Notes: generated by a model not told the origin, from the letters alone. A stretch of DNA of 54,914 bases from Candidatus Falkowbacteria bacterium (GCA_037132255.1 JBAXPN010000005.1:1-54914); one strand, 5' to 3'. Numbered from the stretch's first letter, positions 43,822 to 54,800 are shown. Numbers and translations are program-made.

Positions 43822-45807
43822 TTAAACTATTATGCGAACATCAGCGGCCAAAACTCCAGCGGTAAAAACAAATAAAGGATTAATATCGAATTCTTGAATT
43901 TCCGGATGCTCGTTGGCTAAGCGTGCCAAATTAACTAGCGCCTTAGCGAGCCCCTTAATGTCATACTTCTTTTGTCCACGAGCCCCATTAAGAATAGGGT
44001 AAATTTTTAAACTGGCAATTATGTCCAATGCTCTTTTAAAATCTAAATCACTAGTTTCAAGTTTTATTTCCTTAAATACTTCGGTATAAATTCCACCGAG
44101 TCCAATCATCATAATCGGGCCAAATGAGGCGTCCCGCTTAAAACCAAGAATAATTTCTTGAAAATGACTCGCCATTTCCTGAACAACAAAATAATTTTCC
44201 GACTTACTGAGGGACTTTTTATTCGCCATTTCCTGCATGCGCACAGCCTCTTTTAATTCCTTTTCATTTTTCAGGTTAGCGACAATCGCATTCTTATCTG
44301 ACTTATGAAGAAAATCCGGACCTGTAATTTTTAAAACAACTGGATATTTATAAGTCGCCGCCTTCGCATTCTCATACTTCATTGTCTTAACGGTAGGAAT
44401 ATTATAGTCACGAAGAATAGCGAGTGACTTGATGTAATCCGTATCAGTAATTACTTTTTTTATTTTAACGCTTGGCTTCTTATAAGTTTTTATAGTGTCG
44501 ATTGTTTTTTTATACATTATTAATTTTTTGAAACTTCGGACCGCCTCCTCGGGGTAATCAAAAGTTGGGACATTAGCCTTCTCAAACATATCACGAGCTT
44601 CAGCAATCGCTTCGCCGCCGACAAAACTAGTCATTATTAATTTATTCGGATATTTTTTGGCGGCTTTAATAATCGCCGTTGCAGTTTTTACCGGCTCAGT
44701 CGAAGTCTGTGGCGTTAATAATACTAAGAGATTATTAACCTTCTTATCAGCCAGAATTTTTTTTAAAATATCTTCATATCTCTTGGCATCGGCATCGCCT
44801 AAAATATCATAACTGCAGCCGAAAGGAACATTCTGTCGAGAAATTTCATCAACAGTCAAAACGGCGACTCCGCCCGCGTTAGTGACAACTGATAATTCTT
44901 GCGGTCCGCGATTATGCCAGGATTCTTTTCTAAATAATAAGAGCAAGTTAAATAATTCTTCTAGATTCTCAAGCCAAATTGCTCCCGATCTTTTTATGCC
45001 CGTCTCAACAGCCGCATTTGATCCCGCAAGCGATCCGGTATGCGATAGGGCTAGTTGGCCGCCGGCAGCACTCTGCCCAGCTTTAAGAATAGCGACGGGC
45101 TTATACTTAACCAGACGAGAAATAAGAGACATTAATTTTTCTCCATCTTTAATTTCTTCAAGATAGGCAACCACTAAGTCAATTTTCTTTTCGCTAGCCA
45201 AATATTCGATTATTTGATTTTCATCCAAAACCGCTTTATTACCGAGACTTATAAAATACCCAAAATTAAAGTCTTTAACTTTTAGCCAATCTAAAGCAGC
45301 CGAACCAATAGCACCTGATTGCGAAAGCAGCGCTGTATTTCCCGTTGCGGTATCAGAAGAGGCGAAGGTCGCGTTTAATTTGTGCCAAGTATTAATGAGC
45401 CCTAGGCAATTCGGGCCCAATATATGCATATGATGCATATTGGCGACATGAGCAATCTCTAGCTCTAGCGCCTTCCCTGCCTCGCCCGCTTCCTTAAATC
45501 CGGCACTAATGATAATAATATTTTTTATACCAAGCTTGGCGCATTTCTTAATTTCAGTAAGAACAAATTGCGAAGGAATTGCGATAACGACTAAAAGCGC
45601 CGCATACTCTTTGCTTTCTAGGGCCTCAAGCGCGGGATAAGCCTTTAAACCAGCTATTTTTTTCTCTTTTAAATTTATCGGAAAAATTTTACCCTTGAAA
45701 CCGCCTCCGATAATATTATCTAAGACTTGGCGACCGATTTTAATTTTATCACTTGAGGCGCCAATAACGGCGACGGAAGCTGGGTTGAAAAAATACTTTA
45801 AAGACAT
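43822..45807 (-). CDS. Acetate--CoA ligase (ADP-forming), fused alpha/beta type
   Basis: 661 aa. CoA-binding N-terminus FNPASVAVIGAS, phosphohistidine region LSHTGSLAG, C-terminal ATP-grasp domain. Confidence 0.85.
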   Translation of the reverse strand: MSLKYFFNPASVAVIGASSDKIKIGRQVLDNIIGGGFKGKIFPINLKEKKIAGLKAYPALEALESKEYAALLVVIAIPSQFVLTEIKKCAKLGIKNIIIISAGFKEAGEAGKALELEIAHVANMHHMHILGPNCLGLINTWHKLNATFASSDTATGNTALLSQSGAIGSAALDWLKVKDFNFGYFISLGNKAVLDENQIIEYLASEKKIDLVVAYLEEIKDGEKLMSLISRLVKYKPVAILKAGQSAAGGQLALSHTGSLAGSNAAVETGIKRSGAIWLENLEELFNLLLLFRKESWHNRGPQELSVVTNAGGVAVLTVDEISRQNVPFGCSYDILGDADAKRYEDILKKILADKKVNNLLVLLTPQTSTEPVKTATAIIKAAKKYPNKLIMTSFVGGEAIAEARDMFEKANVPTFDYPEEAVRSFKKLIMYKKTIDTIKTYKKPSVKIKKVITDTDYIKSLAILRDYNIPTVKTMKYENAKAATYKYPVVLKITGPDFLHKSDKNAIVANLKNEKELKEAVRMQEMANKKSLSKSENYFVVQEMASHFQEIILGFKRDASFGPIMMIGLGGIYTEVFKEIKLETSDLDFKRALDIIASLKIYPILNGARGQKKYDIKGLAKALVNLARLANEHPEIQEFDINPLFVFTAGVLAADVRIIV

Positions 45808-45813
45808 AATATT

Positions 45814-45906
45814 TTATTTTTTAATTAGAGAAATAATGCCACTAAATAAAGTTATGAGCCCTAAATAGTTTAAATTGAAATACGCTAAAATTATATTCGG
45901 CCACAT
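45814..45906 (-). CDS. Possible small membrane protein (30 aa from ATG 45906, or up to 54 aa if a TTG at 45978 is used)
   Basis: The frame is open from 45978 and hydrophobic throughout (..LFYFSFALLVVFIGLEIMWPNIILAYFNLNYLGLITLFSGIISLIKK). The stop lies 6 nt before the acetyl-CoA synthetase start. Translated by hand. Confidence 0.35.
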   Translation of the reverse strand: MWPNIILAYFNLNYLGLITLFSGIISLIKK

Positions 45907-45968
45907 AATTTCAAGGCCGATAAAAACTACCAAAAGAGCAAAGCTGAAGTAGAATAATTCGCGATATA

Positions 45969-47453
45969 TTATTGCCAAATTTTTTGCCATAGAGTTCTAC
46001 CTTCTAATTCTATTTTAATTTGATAAATTTCTAAGTTATCTTTTGTCCCGTCCTCAGTTTTTAAACCCGGAACAGAAATCATAAAACTATATTTTCCTTT
46101 TTCACGATATGCTCCCTTTAAATTAAGTTCAAGACTTGCTGTTTTATATCCCTCCTCCTCTTTTGGCTGTTTATAATCGGCAATAATATACTGAAGCGGA
46201 TTTTTGACTGAAAAAAATCGATCAACTTTCGGGAAGCCGGGATTAAAAAGACTCTCGCTTGACCAAGCAAAGACGCCATTATTTTCGAGAATGACATCAT
46301 CTTTTTTTAAATTAATTTCCTTAATATTGGCATTTGATTTGCTCTGGAAATCAAATTGTCGGTAGGCTTCGCTTAGAGAAAATTCTTCTGAGGAGAAATT
46401 TATTGTCTGTAAACTAGCAGGGTTCAAGGCTTTTACCTGTAAATAATTAGAATCAGTATATAATCTAAGTGGACCGGCGCTTGAAACTGGCCAAACTTTA
46501 TTTATAAATGACAGACGGTCAGCAGTGCTAAATATTTTCTTTATGACCATGTCGTCTGTAATCTTAATTTCCACTTTATAAACACCAGCTGGTAAACTAG
46601 GCTCTGATAAAGTTAGTTCTTTTTCTTCAATTTTGGCGCTGCCAGGATTTAAATTCTCGTCCGAGATATCTTTAGTCTCTATTATGTTTCCCGAAGCCGA
46701 AGATAAAATTACCTTAATTGGAGCCGGCTTAAGGTCTTGGTTTAAATCAACAAAGGAAAAGTCTAGACGTAATGGCTCATTATTTAAATAAATATAAAAT
46801 TGATGCGTACCGCGCAAAGGAGTATTAAGCGTTAAAGGCTGGGCAGGGTGATAATTTACAATCTGATAATTATACTCCAAAGGGTAATTATATAGAGCTA
46901 AACAATTCTCCATCGGATTAGCACAGGCACTTAATTCGCCCTTCGCTAGATCATTCTCAAAGTCGTTAAGAGAGTTATATTTTTTTTCTTTCTGCAAAAA
47001 AAGATGACCGTTTTCCTCAATCTTATTCCAGCGCAACATTAAGTAATCAAGCGCTTTATTATCAACTGGCTTTAAGTCGTAGCGCCAAACAATATTATCG
47101 ACCAAAACGCCGGCCTCAACGATTGGCGTATCGAGAGCAAGATTATCACGGTAAACTATCGTTAGTTTAGCCTTATCAAAGGTTCGCGGCGTAAATACGG
47201 AAAAATACACGGGGTCTCCGATTAGGCGCGGAACATCGCCGCTCTTAAGGTCAACACGCTCAGCCGGAGTAAAGCCGTAGATGAAGCCCTTACCGGACCT
47301 AATTCTAGAGCCATAGTCTCTCTCATATGTAATATGCCCGAATGGGACTACTTTCAAATACAAAAAAACTGAAATTATGATAACTAAAATAAGCCCCAAA
47401 AATAAACGGAACTTAAATAAAAATGGCCATTTTTTCCAATCTTCTTTAATCAT
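45969..47453 (-). CDS. Hypothetical N-terminally anchored extracytoplasmic protein
   Basis: 494 aa. TM FRLFLGLILVIIISVFLYL. AGAGGT 5 nt upstream of the ATG. No family recognised. Confidence 0.6.
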   Translation of the reverse strand: MIKEDWKKWPFLFKFRLFLGLILVIIISVFLYLKVVPFGHITYERDYGSRIRSGKGFIYGFTPAERVDLKSGDVPRLIGDPVYFSVFTPRTFDKAKLTIVYRDNLALDTPIVEAGVLVDNIVWRYDLKPVDNKALDYLMLRWNKIEENGHLFLQKEKKYNSLNDFENDLAKGELSACANPMENCLALYNYPLEYNYQIVNYHPAQPLTLNTPLRGTHQFYIYLNNEPLRLDFSFVDLNQDLKPAPIKVILSSASGNIIETKDISDENLNPGSAKIEEKELTLSEPSLPAGVYKVEIKITDDMVIKKIFSTADRLSFINKVWPVSSAGPLRLYTDSNYLQVKALNPASLQTINFSSEEFSLSEAYRQFDFQSKSNANIKEINLKKDDVILENNGVFAWSSESLFNPGFPKVDRFFSVKNPLQYIIADYKQPKEEEGYKTASLELNLKGAYREKGKYSFMISVPGLKTEDGTKDNLEIYQIKIELEGRTLWQKIWQ

Positions 47454-47484
47454 ATCTACCTCTATTTTACGTCATTTTTAACAA

Positions 47485-47518
47485 TAAAAAAAGAAGCTTA
47501 AACGAAAGCTTCTTTTTT
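47485..47518 (-). terminator. Intrinsic terminator after rpoC
   Basis: Perfect AAGAAGCTT-aaacga-AAGCTTCTT hairpin flanked by A6/T6 runs. Confidence 0.7.
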
Positions 47519-47552
47519 ATTTAAATTTCAACAAATTTACCAATGTTTTTCC

Positions 47553-50500
47553 TTATTTTCCGTAATCAACCCGCTTCTTTTTACCCTTATAACCGGTACC
47601 GGCAGGGATTAAGCAACCAATAATAACATTTTCCTTCAATCCTTCAAGATAATCAATCTTACCGTTAACAGCGGCATCGATTAAGACACGTGAAGTTTCT
47701 TGGAAAGAGGCAGCTGATAGAAAGCTATCAGTCGTAAGAGAAGCCTTGGTAATACCAAGCAATAGCTTCTCTGCCTTAGCCGGGTTCTTTAGGCCCTTAT
47801 TGGCTTGCGCTAATACCTCATCTTCAATTGTCTCGCCCGGTAGTAAAGGCGCATCTCCAGCTTCTTTAACTAAATAACGGGAGAACATCTGACGAGCAAT
47901 GATTTCAACGTGCTTATCGTTAAGTGGTTGTCCTTGAGAACCATAAACATATTGAATTTCTTTGATAATATATTTTTGTGTTTCAAGTTGACCCTTGAGT
48001 TTATATAATTCTCTTAAATCAAGACTGCCTTCAGTTAATTGCGTACCGCGTTCAATTATTTCAGCATCTTTAACCATTAACATAGTGCCTTTAAGAATAG
48101 AGAATTCCTTAACCTTCTCAACTTCTTTGGCGACACTGATGTATTTATCGGTAACCGCAACCATACCAGCTGATTTAGAGCGAACAACTTCTCCGCTAAT
48201 ATTAAATAACTCGGAATTCTTCGCCACCTCTTCTCCGTCTTTAACTGAAACCTTAACTTCGAGCTTCTTCTTATCTTTAGCTGTCGCTCCACTCGCTAAT
48301 TTAATTTCATTTAATTTTTCGGAGAAATAGTATTTATCATGATCTTTGCCTTTATAGAAAATGCTTAAAATCTTTGCCTGTGGGTTATTAACGAAGATTT
48401 CTTTTCCGTCTTGATCTTTAATAACCTTTTGTGCAAATTCAATCTTTACGCGACCAGAAACATCGGAAATTAAAGCCTTTTTCTTCGGGCTACGTGCTTC
48501 AAAGATTTCTTCAACACGCGGTAAACCCTGGGTAATATCATCTTGACCGGCGACACCACCCGTATGGAAGGTTCTCATAGTAAGCTGTGTGCCTGGTTCA
48601 CCGATTGATTGAGCGGCGATAATGCCAACCGTTGAGCCCATCTTAACTTGTTTATTGTAAGCAAGATCCCAACCATAGCATTTGGCACAAATACCTTTAT
48701 GCATTTGGCAACTTAGAACGGAACGAACGCAAGCGTCGCTAAATTCCTTAGTCTTTAACATCTTAATATTTTCTTCGTTCAAAATTTCGCCAGCGGCTAA
48801 AATTACCTTACCTTTAGTATCAACAATATCTTTAGCCACGAAGCGGCCAGTTAGACGGCGGAAGAAATCTTCACCGTTCTTTTCAATTTCAGCTTTATTT
48901 AAAGTCATACCAACTGTGTCGCCACAATCGTCTTCAGCAATAATAACATCCTGAGAAACATCAACTAAACGACGGGTTAAATAACCGGCATTAGCTGTTC
49001 TTAAGGCTGTATCAGACAAACCTTTACGTACACCGTGGGTAGAAATAAAGTATTCAAGTACGCCGAAGCCCTGCTTGAAATTTCCTTTAACCGGCAATTC
49101 GATAATAGCACCAGACGGCGAAGTTACTAAACCTTTCATACCTAAAATCTGAACTGGTTGAGCCCAAGAACCACGAGCACCAGAGTCAATCATGGAATAT
49201 ACCGGTAGAATATCAAGTAAACCCTTCTTACAAATATCGGCAATCTTATCTTTAGTATTTGTCCATTCTTCAATTACCTTAGCGTAACGTTCTGACTCCG
49301 TAAGTAAACCTTCTTCGTACTGTTCTTGAATGAGTTCTACTTTCTTATTAGCCTCATCAATTAAACGATCCTTCTCAGGCAAAGTCGGTAAATCGCCGAA
49401 GCCCCAAGATAGACCGGACTTAGTAATAAAGGCAAAGGCACGGTTCTTTAAACCATCAATAAATTTAACAGTTTCATCTTCACCGTAGATACGTAAACAT
49501 TCACGAATTAAATCTTTCAATTTTCCTTTACCAACGACATCATTAATATATTTTAATTTTTCCGGTAATAAGGAATTGAAAATTAAACGGCCGGCAGTAG
49601 TTTTAAGCATCGCGCCGCTATAATAAACATTGATTGCTTCATGAAGATCAATGAAATTATTTTCATAAGCTAAACTAGCTTCGTCTTCGCTACAGAAGTA
49701 TTTCATGTCTTCAACCTTCTTCTCATTAAAATCTTTATTGACCAGAGTAATATAATAAGTACCCCAAACAATATCTTGAGCCGGTGCGACGATTGGATCA
49801 CCAGTCGCCGGTTTAAGCAAATTATGAGTAGAAAGCATTAAAGTTTCCGCTTCATGACGAGCTTCTTTAGTTAGAGGAACATGAACAGCCATTTGGTCAC
49901 CATCAAAGTCAGCATTAAAAGCTGTACAAACTAGAGGGTGAATTTGAATCGCCTTACCTTCAATTAAGGTTGGACGAAAAGCCTGGATACCAAGGCGATG
50001 TAAGGTCGGAGCGCGATTAAGTAATACAAAAGCGCCGCGAACAATCTCTTCTAAAATATCCCAAACCTCATCATGACCAGCCTCGATATAACGAGAAGCA
50101 CTGCGAACATTATGAACAATTTCTCTCTTAATTAATTGAGAAATAATAAATGGTTTAAATAATTCAAGCGCCATGATCTTCGGCAAACCGCATTGATCCA
50201 AATTTAATTTTGGATTAACAACAATGACGGAACGACCAGAATAATCAACACGCTTACCGAGTAGATTCTGACGGAAACGACCCTGTTTACCCTTTAAAGT
50301 ATCCGCTAAGGATTTCAATTGTCTCTTTTGACCAGTCGAAGCAGTCACAGTTTTGGTGTGACGAGCACTATTATCAATTAAAGCATCAACCGCTTCCTGA
50401 AGCATTCTCTTTTCATTACGGCAGATAACTTCCGGAGCATTAAGATCCATTAATTGCTTTAAACGATTATTGCGGTTAATAACACGACGATATAAATCAT

Positions 50501-51479
50501 TTAAATCAGAGGCAGCAAAACGACCACCGTCTAAAGCGACCATTGGACGTAAATCAGGCGGTACAACCGGAAGAACAGTCATAATCATCCATTCTGGACG
50601 AATGTCGTTATTACGGAAACTCTTAAGTAATTTTAAACGCTTAACTAATTTTTCCTTTTTCGAATCAACGGCGTCAATCAGTTTTCCTTCAAGATTATCG
50701 ATGCTCGCGACTAAATCAATCTTCATGAGTAATTTACGAATCGCTTCGGCACCGATTGAAGCTTCAAAAATATGTCCGAATTTCAAACTTAAATTCTGAT
50801 ATTGTTGTTCTGATAAAATAAGAAGTTGTTTTAGTTCTTTCAATTCTTTCTGGGTTACACCAAAATCTTCATCAAGGCGAGACATTCTTTCAGTCTTCGC
50901 TTTAATTGCTTCTTTAGTTTCACTTTCAATATCTTCTTCCTTCCCTTCCTTAATTTTCTTTAATTGATTATTAAAATCATTATCAATGCTCTTAACTTTC
51001 GATTTGTATTCCGCCTTAATCTGTTCAATAGTTGATTCCTTTAAAGCTTCATCAACATCAGTCACAATAAAACTCGCGTAGTATATAACTTTTTCTAGTG
51101 ATTGGATGCCGAGATTTAAAAGCAATCCGATCTTTGAGGATAGTCCTCTAAGAAACCAGATATGAGTAGCTGGAACTTGGAGACTGATATGACCCATACG
51201 TTCGCGGCGAACAACACTGCGAGTTACCTCGACACCGCATTTATCGCAAACGATTCCTTTGTAACGGATTTTTTTATATTTACCGCAGGCGCATTCCCAA
51301 TCTTTAGTCGGACCAAAAATCTTTTCGCAGAAGAGACCGTCCTTTTCCGGTTTTTGCGTGCGATAATTAATTGTTTCCGGTCGAGTTACTTCGCCGTGAG
51401 ACCAATTAAGGATCTCTTCGGGCGAGGCAAGCTTGAGGCGGATAGCGCTGAAATCGCTAGTTTTTATTGGATTTAACAT
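47553..51479 (-). CDS. rpoC: DNA-directed RNA polymerase subunit beta'
   Basis: 1308 aa. Zinc-binding CACGKYKKIRYKGIVCDKCG, catalytic NADFDGDQM, trigger-loop and bridge-helix regions. Confidence 0.97.
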   Translation of the reverse strand: MLNPIKTSDFSAIRLKLASPEEILNWSHGEVTRPETINYRTQKPEKDGLFCEKIFGPTKDWECACGKYKKIRYKGIVCDKCGVEVTRSVVRRERMGHISLQVPATHIWFLRGLSSKIGLLLNLGIQSLEKVIYYASFIVTDVDEALKESTIEQIKAEYKSKVKSIDNDFNNQLKKIKEGKEEDIESETKEAIKAKTERMSRLDEDFGVTQKELKELKQLLILSEQQYQNLSLKFGHIFEASIGAEAIRKLLMKIDLVASIDNLEGKLIDAVDSKKEKLVKRLKLLKSFRNNDIRPEWMIMTVLPVVPPDLRPMVALDGGRFAASDLNDLYRRVINRNNRLKQLMDLNAPEVICRNEKRMLQEAVDALIDNSARHTKTVTASTGQKRQLKSLADTLKGKQGRFRQNLLGKRVDYSGRSVIVVNPKLNLDQCGLPKIMALELFKPFIISQLIKREIVHNVRSASRYIEAGHDEVWDILEEIVRGAFVLLNRAPTLHRLGIQAFRPTLIEGKAIQIHPLVCTAFNADFDGDQMAVHVPLTKEARHEAETLMLSTHNLLKPATGDPIVAPAQDIVWGTYYITLVNKDFNEKKVEDMKYFCSEDEASLAYENNFIDLHEAINVYYSGAMLKTTAGRLIFNSLLPEKLKYINDVVGKGKLKDLIRECLRIYGEDETVKFIDGLKNRAFAFITKSGLSWGFGDLPTLPEKDRLIDEANKKVELIQEQYEEGLLTESERYAKVIEEWTNTKDKIADICKKGLLDILPVYSMIDSGARGSWAQPVQILGMKGLVTSPSGAIIELPVKGNFKQGFGVLEYFISTHGVRKGLSDTALRTANAGYLTRRLVDVSQDVIIAEDDCGDTVGMTLNKAEIEKNGEDFFRRLTGRFVAKDIVDTKGKVILAAGEILNEENIKMLKTKEFSDACVRSVLSCQMHKGICAKCYGWDLAYNKQVKMGSTVGIIAAQSIGEPGTQLTMRTFHTGGVAGQDDITQGLPRVEEIFEARSPKKKALISDVSGRVKIEFAQKVIKDQDGKEIFVNNPQAKILSIFYKGKDHDKYYFSEKLNEIKLASGATAKDKKKLEVKVSVKDGEEVAKNSELFNISGEVVRSKSAGMVAVTDKYISVAKEVEKVKEFSILKGTMLMVKDAEIIERGTQLTEGSLDLRELYKLKGQLETQKYIIKEIQYVYGSQGQPLNDKHVEIIARQMFSRYLVKEAGDAPLLPGETIEDEVLAQANKGLKNPAKAEKLLLGITKASLTTDSFLSAASFQETSRVLIDAAVNGKIDYLEGLKENVIIGCLIPAGTGYKGKKKRVDYGK

Positions 51480-51503
51480 ATTTTAATAATTGCTAATAAA
51501 TTA

Positions 51504-54500
51504 TTATTCTTTGTCGCCGCCTTCTTCAAGCGCCGCTATAACTTCCGGCTTATCGTAAATGAATTTTTCATCATTCTTAATTTCCTCGTCAATTTCAGTA
51601 ACAACTTCAGAGGCCGGCTGACCGCCAGAGCCACCCAATAATTCCACATTCAATCCTAAACCTTTTAATTCACGAATTAAAACATTGAAAGATTCTGGAA
51701 CATTTAATTTTTCAATTTCTTCACCCTTAATAATAGATTCATAGGCCTTGCTTCTTCCTGGAACGTCATCGGATTTAATCGTTAACATTTCCTGTAAAGT
51801 ATGTGCAGCACCATAACCTTCAAGCGCCCAAACTTCCATTTCTCCGAAACGCTGGCCACCGAATTGGGCTTTACCGCCTAAAGGTTGCTGCGTGATTAAG
51901 GAGTATGGACCGATTGAACGTTGGTGAATCTTGTCTTCAACCATGTGGTTTAATTTCAAGACATATTTATAACCAACTGTAATTGTGTGATCATAGGAAT
52001 TTCCTGTCTTACCGTCGAATAAGGTAACCTTACCGTCTTCCGGCAAACCGGCACGACGTAATTCGCCCTTAATCTGTTCCTCGTTAATACCATTTAAGGC
52101 TGGAGAAACAACACGATATCCTAATTTTTGTGCGGCAAACCCAAGATGAGTTTCAAGCAATTGACCGAGGTTCATACGAGAAATAATGCCGAGCGGAGAT
52201 AGAATAACATCGATTGGAGTTCCGTCAGCCATATAAGGCATGTCTTCAATCGGCACAACCTGAGAAATAACACCCTTATTACCATGACGACCAGACATCT
52301 TATCGCCGACCTGAATCTTTCTTAAGTTAGCAACTGCAACTTGAATAGATTTCAAAACACCAGCGGATAATTTATCTCCGTCTTCACGAGAAAATATTTT
52401 AATATCAACAACTTTTCCGTGTTCACCATGTTCAAGATAAAGGGAAGAATCACGAACGTCTTTCGCTTTTTCACCGAAAATCGCACGTAATAATTTTTCC
52501 TCGGCAGATAAAGTTGTTTCACCTTTTGGAGTAATTTTTCCAACTAAAATATCACCGCTTGAAACTTCAGCGCCGATTCTGATAATGCCGTCTTCATCAA
52601 GATTCTTTAATTTCTCTTCACTGATATTTGGAATATCGTTAGTGATAACTTCCGGACCAAGCTTTGTATCACGAACATCAATTGTATAGTTTTCAATATG
52701 GATAGAAGAATAAATATCTTCCTTCACTAAACGTTCCGAAATAATAACCGCATCTTCATAATTGAAACCTTCCCAAGTCATGAAAGCAACGAGAACATTG
52801 CGGCCGAGTGATAATTCACCGTTATCAATCGCTGGACCATCAGACAAAATATCTCCCTTCTTAACCTTTTGACCAACGTCCACGACTGGATGTTGATTAA
52901 TACAGGTTGAAGAATTTGAACGTAAAAATTTATTTAAAGGATATTTATCAATTGCCCCTTTCTTATTAGTAATTTCAATCATCGCTGCCTCGCATTTTGT
53001 AACAAGACCATCTTCAAGCGCAATTGCGACGTGTCCGCTATCACGAGCTGCTCTTTCTTCGACACCAGTTCCGACAATCGGCGCTTCAGCCTTAACTAAA
53101 GGAACGGCCTGACGTTGCATGTTCGTTCCCATGAGTGATCTCTGTCCATCATTGTGTTCCATGAAAGGAATAAGAGAAGTAGCGATAGAAATAATTTGAT
53201 TAGCGGCCACGCCCATGAAATCAATCTTGCCGACTTCTTCCATACCTGGCTGACCGTTCTTTCTAACTTCAAATTTATTAACAATAAAATAACCATCCTT
53301 ATCGACTGGCACAGTCGCATCAACCGTAATATATTTTTCTTCTTCAAAAGCGTCTAAATAAACTATCTCATCAGTAACTCGGCTGCCTTTTTTATCTTTA
53401 ACAACCTTGCGATATGGAGTTTCTAAAAATCCATAACTATTTAAACGAGCATAACTCGCTAAATGGCCGACTAAACCAATATTCGGACCTTCCGGAGTGG
53501 CAATCGGACAAATACGTCCGTAATGAGTAGCATGTACATCACGAACATCAAAACCAGCGCGTTCACGAGTTAAACCACCCGGACCCATCGCGGACAAACG
53601 ACGCTTATGCTCAAGTTCAGCCAAAGGATTAGTTTGATCCATGAACTGAGATAATTGGGATGACATGAAAAATTCACGTACAACACCAATTACCGGACGA
53701 GCATTGACCAATTTTGACGGAGTTAAAGAAACAATATCGGTCGTCGACATTCTATCTTTAATTATACGCTCCATGCGGGCAAGCCCGACGCGGAAACGAT
53801 TTTGAATCAAGCCACCAATCGCACGAATACGGCGATTACCAAGATGATCAATATCGTCTTCTAATTCTTTCGTAATATTTAAACGGATAACTTCTTTAAC
53901 AATTAAAACTAAATCTTCTTTACGTAAAATTCTATTTTCCTTTTTGTTAGCAGGAAGATTTAATGTGAAACGACGATTTAATTTATAACGTCCAACACGT
54001 CCAAAATCATAACGATCAAAACGGAAGAACATTGAATAAATAAGTTGGCGTGCGTTTTCAACGGAAGCTAAATCACCTGGACGAATACGGCGATAAACTT
54101 CTTGCAAACCTTCCGCTTCTGTTTTTGCAGCATCCTTTTCAATAGTTGCTTCAATAAAAGTTTTCTCATCCTTATTCTTAACTAAATCGACATCAGCAAA
54201 TAATTTAATTAACTCCTCATCAGTTTGATAACCAAAAGCACGTAACAATGAGGTTACGGCAACTTTTCTCTTACGATCAATACGGACCCAGAGAACTTTA
54301 TTTGAATCTGATTCAATTTCTAACCAAGCACCACGATTCGGAATAATTTTTGCACCATAGCATTTCTTACCTTTTACAAATTCAGCCGTAAACATAACGC
54401 CGGCGCTGCGGATTAACTGAGAAACGACAACTCTCTCGATACCATTAACAATAAAGGTTCCCTTCTCAGTCATTAATGGAAAATCACCAAGAAATACTTC

Positions 54501-54800
54501 TTGGTTAATCGCTTTATTAGTTTTCTTGTTAAGAAGTCTTGTCTTTACGCGAAGTGGAGCCTCGTAAGTAATATTCTTCTCACGACTTTCAACTTCTGAG
54601 AATTTCGGTTCGTCTAAATAATAATCTTCAAAATACAATTCCAGGTCGCGACCGATAAAATCGGTAACTGGATTTATTTCATCAAATAATTCGGCTAATC
54701 CCTCTTTGAGGAACCAATCATAAGAATCTTTCTGAATCTCAATTAAGTCCGGCATCGGCATGACTTCCTGGAGCTCAGAAAATGATTTTCTTTTAGACAT
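51504..54800 (-). CDS. rpoB: DNA-directed RNA polymerase subunit beta
   Basis: 1098 aa. Rif-region FFMSSQLSQFMDQTNPL, GRHGNKGV, and C-terminal conserved EMEVWALEGYGAA. Confidence 0.97.
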   Translation of the reverse strand: MSKRKSFSELQEVMPMPDLIEIQKDSYDWFLKEGLAELFDEINPVTDFIGRDLELYFEDYYLDEPKFSEVESREKNITYEAPLRVKTRLLNKKTNKAINQEVFLGDFPLMTEKGTFIVNGIERVVVSQLIRSAGVMFTAEFVKGKKCYGAKIIPNRGAWLEIESDSNKVLWVRIDRKRKVAVTSLLRAFGYQTDEELIKLFADVDLVKNKDEKTFIEATIEKDAAKTEAEGLQEVYRRIRPGDLASVENARQLIYSMFFRFDRYDFGRVGRYKLNRRFTLNLPANKKENRILRKEDLVLIVKEVIRLNITKELEDDIDHLGNRRIRAIGGLIQNRFRVGLARMERIIKDRMSTTDIVSLTPSKLVNARPVIGVVREFFMSSQLSQFMDQTNPLAELEHKRRLSAMGPGGLTRERAGFDVRDVHATHYGRICPIATPEGPNIGLVGHLASYARLNSYGFLETPYRKVVKDKKGSRVTDEIVYLDAFEEEKYITVDATVPVDKDGYFIVNKFEVRKNGQPGMEEVGKIDFMGVAANQIISIATSLIPFMEHNDGQRSLMGTNMQRQAVPLVKAEAPIVGTGVEERAARDSGHVAIALEDGLVTKCEAAMIEITNKKGAIDKYPLNKFLRSNSSTCINQHPVVDVGQKVKKGDILSDGPAIDNGELSLGRNVLVAFMTWEGFNYEDAVIISERLVKEDIYSSIHIENYTIDVRDTKLGPEVITNDIPNISEEKLKNLDEDGIIRIGAEVSSGDILVGKITPKGETTLSAEEKLLRAIFGEKAKDVRDSSLYLEHGEHGKVVDIKIFSREDGDKLSAGVLKSIQVAVANLRKIQVGDKMSGRHGNKGVISQVVPIEDMPYMADGTPIDVILSPLGIISRMNLGQLLETHLGFAAQKLGYRVVSPALNGINEEQIKGELRRAGLPEDGKVTLFDGKTGNSYDHTITVGYKYVLKLNHMVEDKIHQRSIGPYSLITQQPLGGKAQFGGQRFGEMEVWALEGYGAAHTLQEMLTIKSDDVPGRSKAYESIIKGEEIEKLNVPESFNVLIRELKGLGLNVELLGGSGGQPASEVVTEIDEEIKNDEKFIYDKPEVIAALEEGGDKE

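Noticed and set aside
47995-54800. Short ORFs inside rpoC and rpoB (e.g. 47995-48330, 50470-50799, 51162-51476, 53096-53347), and possible inteins in the large housekeeping genes.
   Set aside because: The short ORFs are antisense or out-of-frame shadows of highly conserved genes. rpoB, rpoC, recG, radA and leuS have normal lengths and contiguous conserved motifs, so there is no intein-sized insertion.
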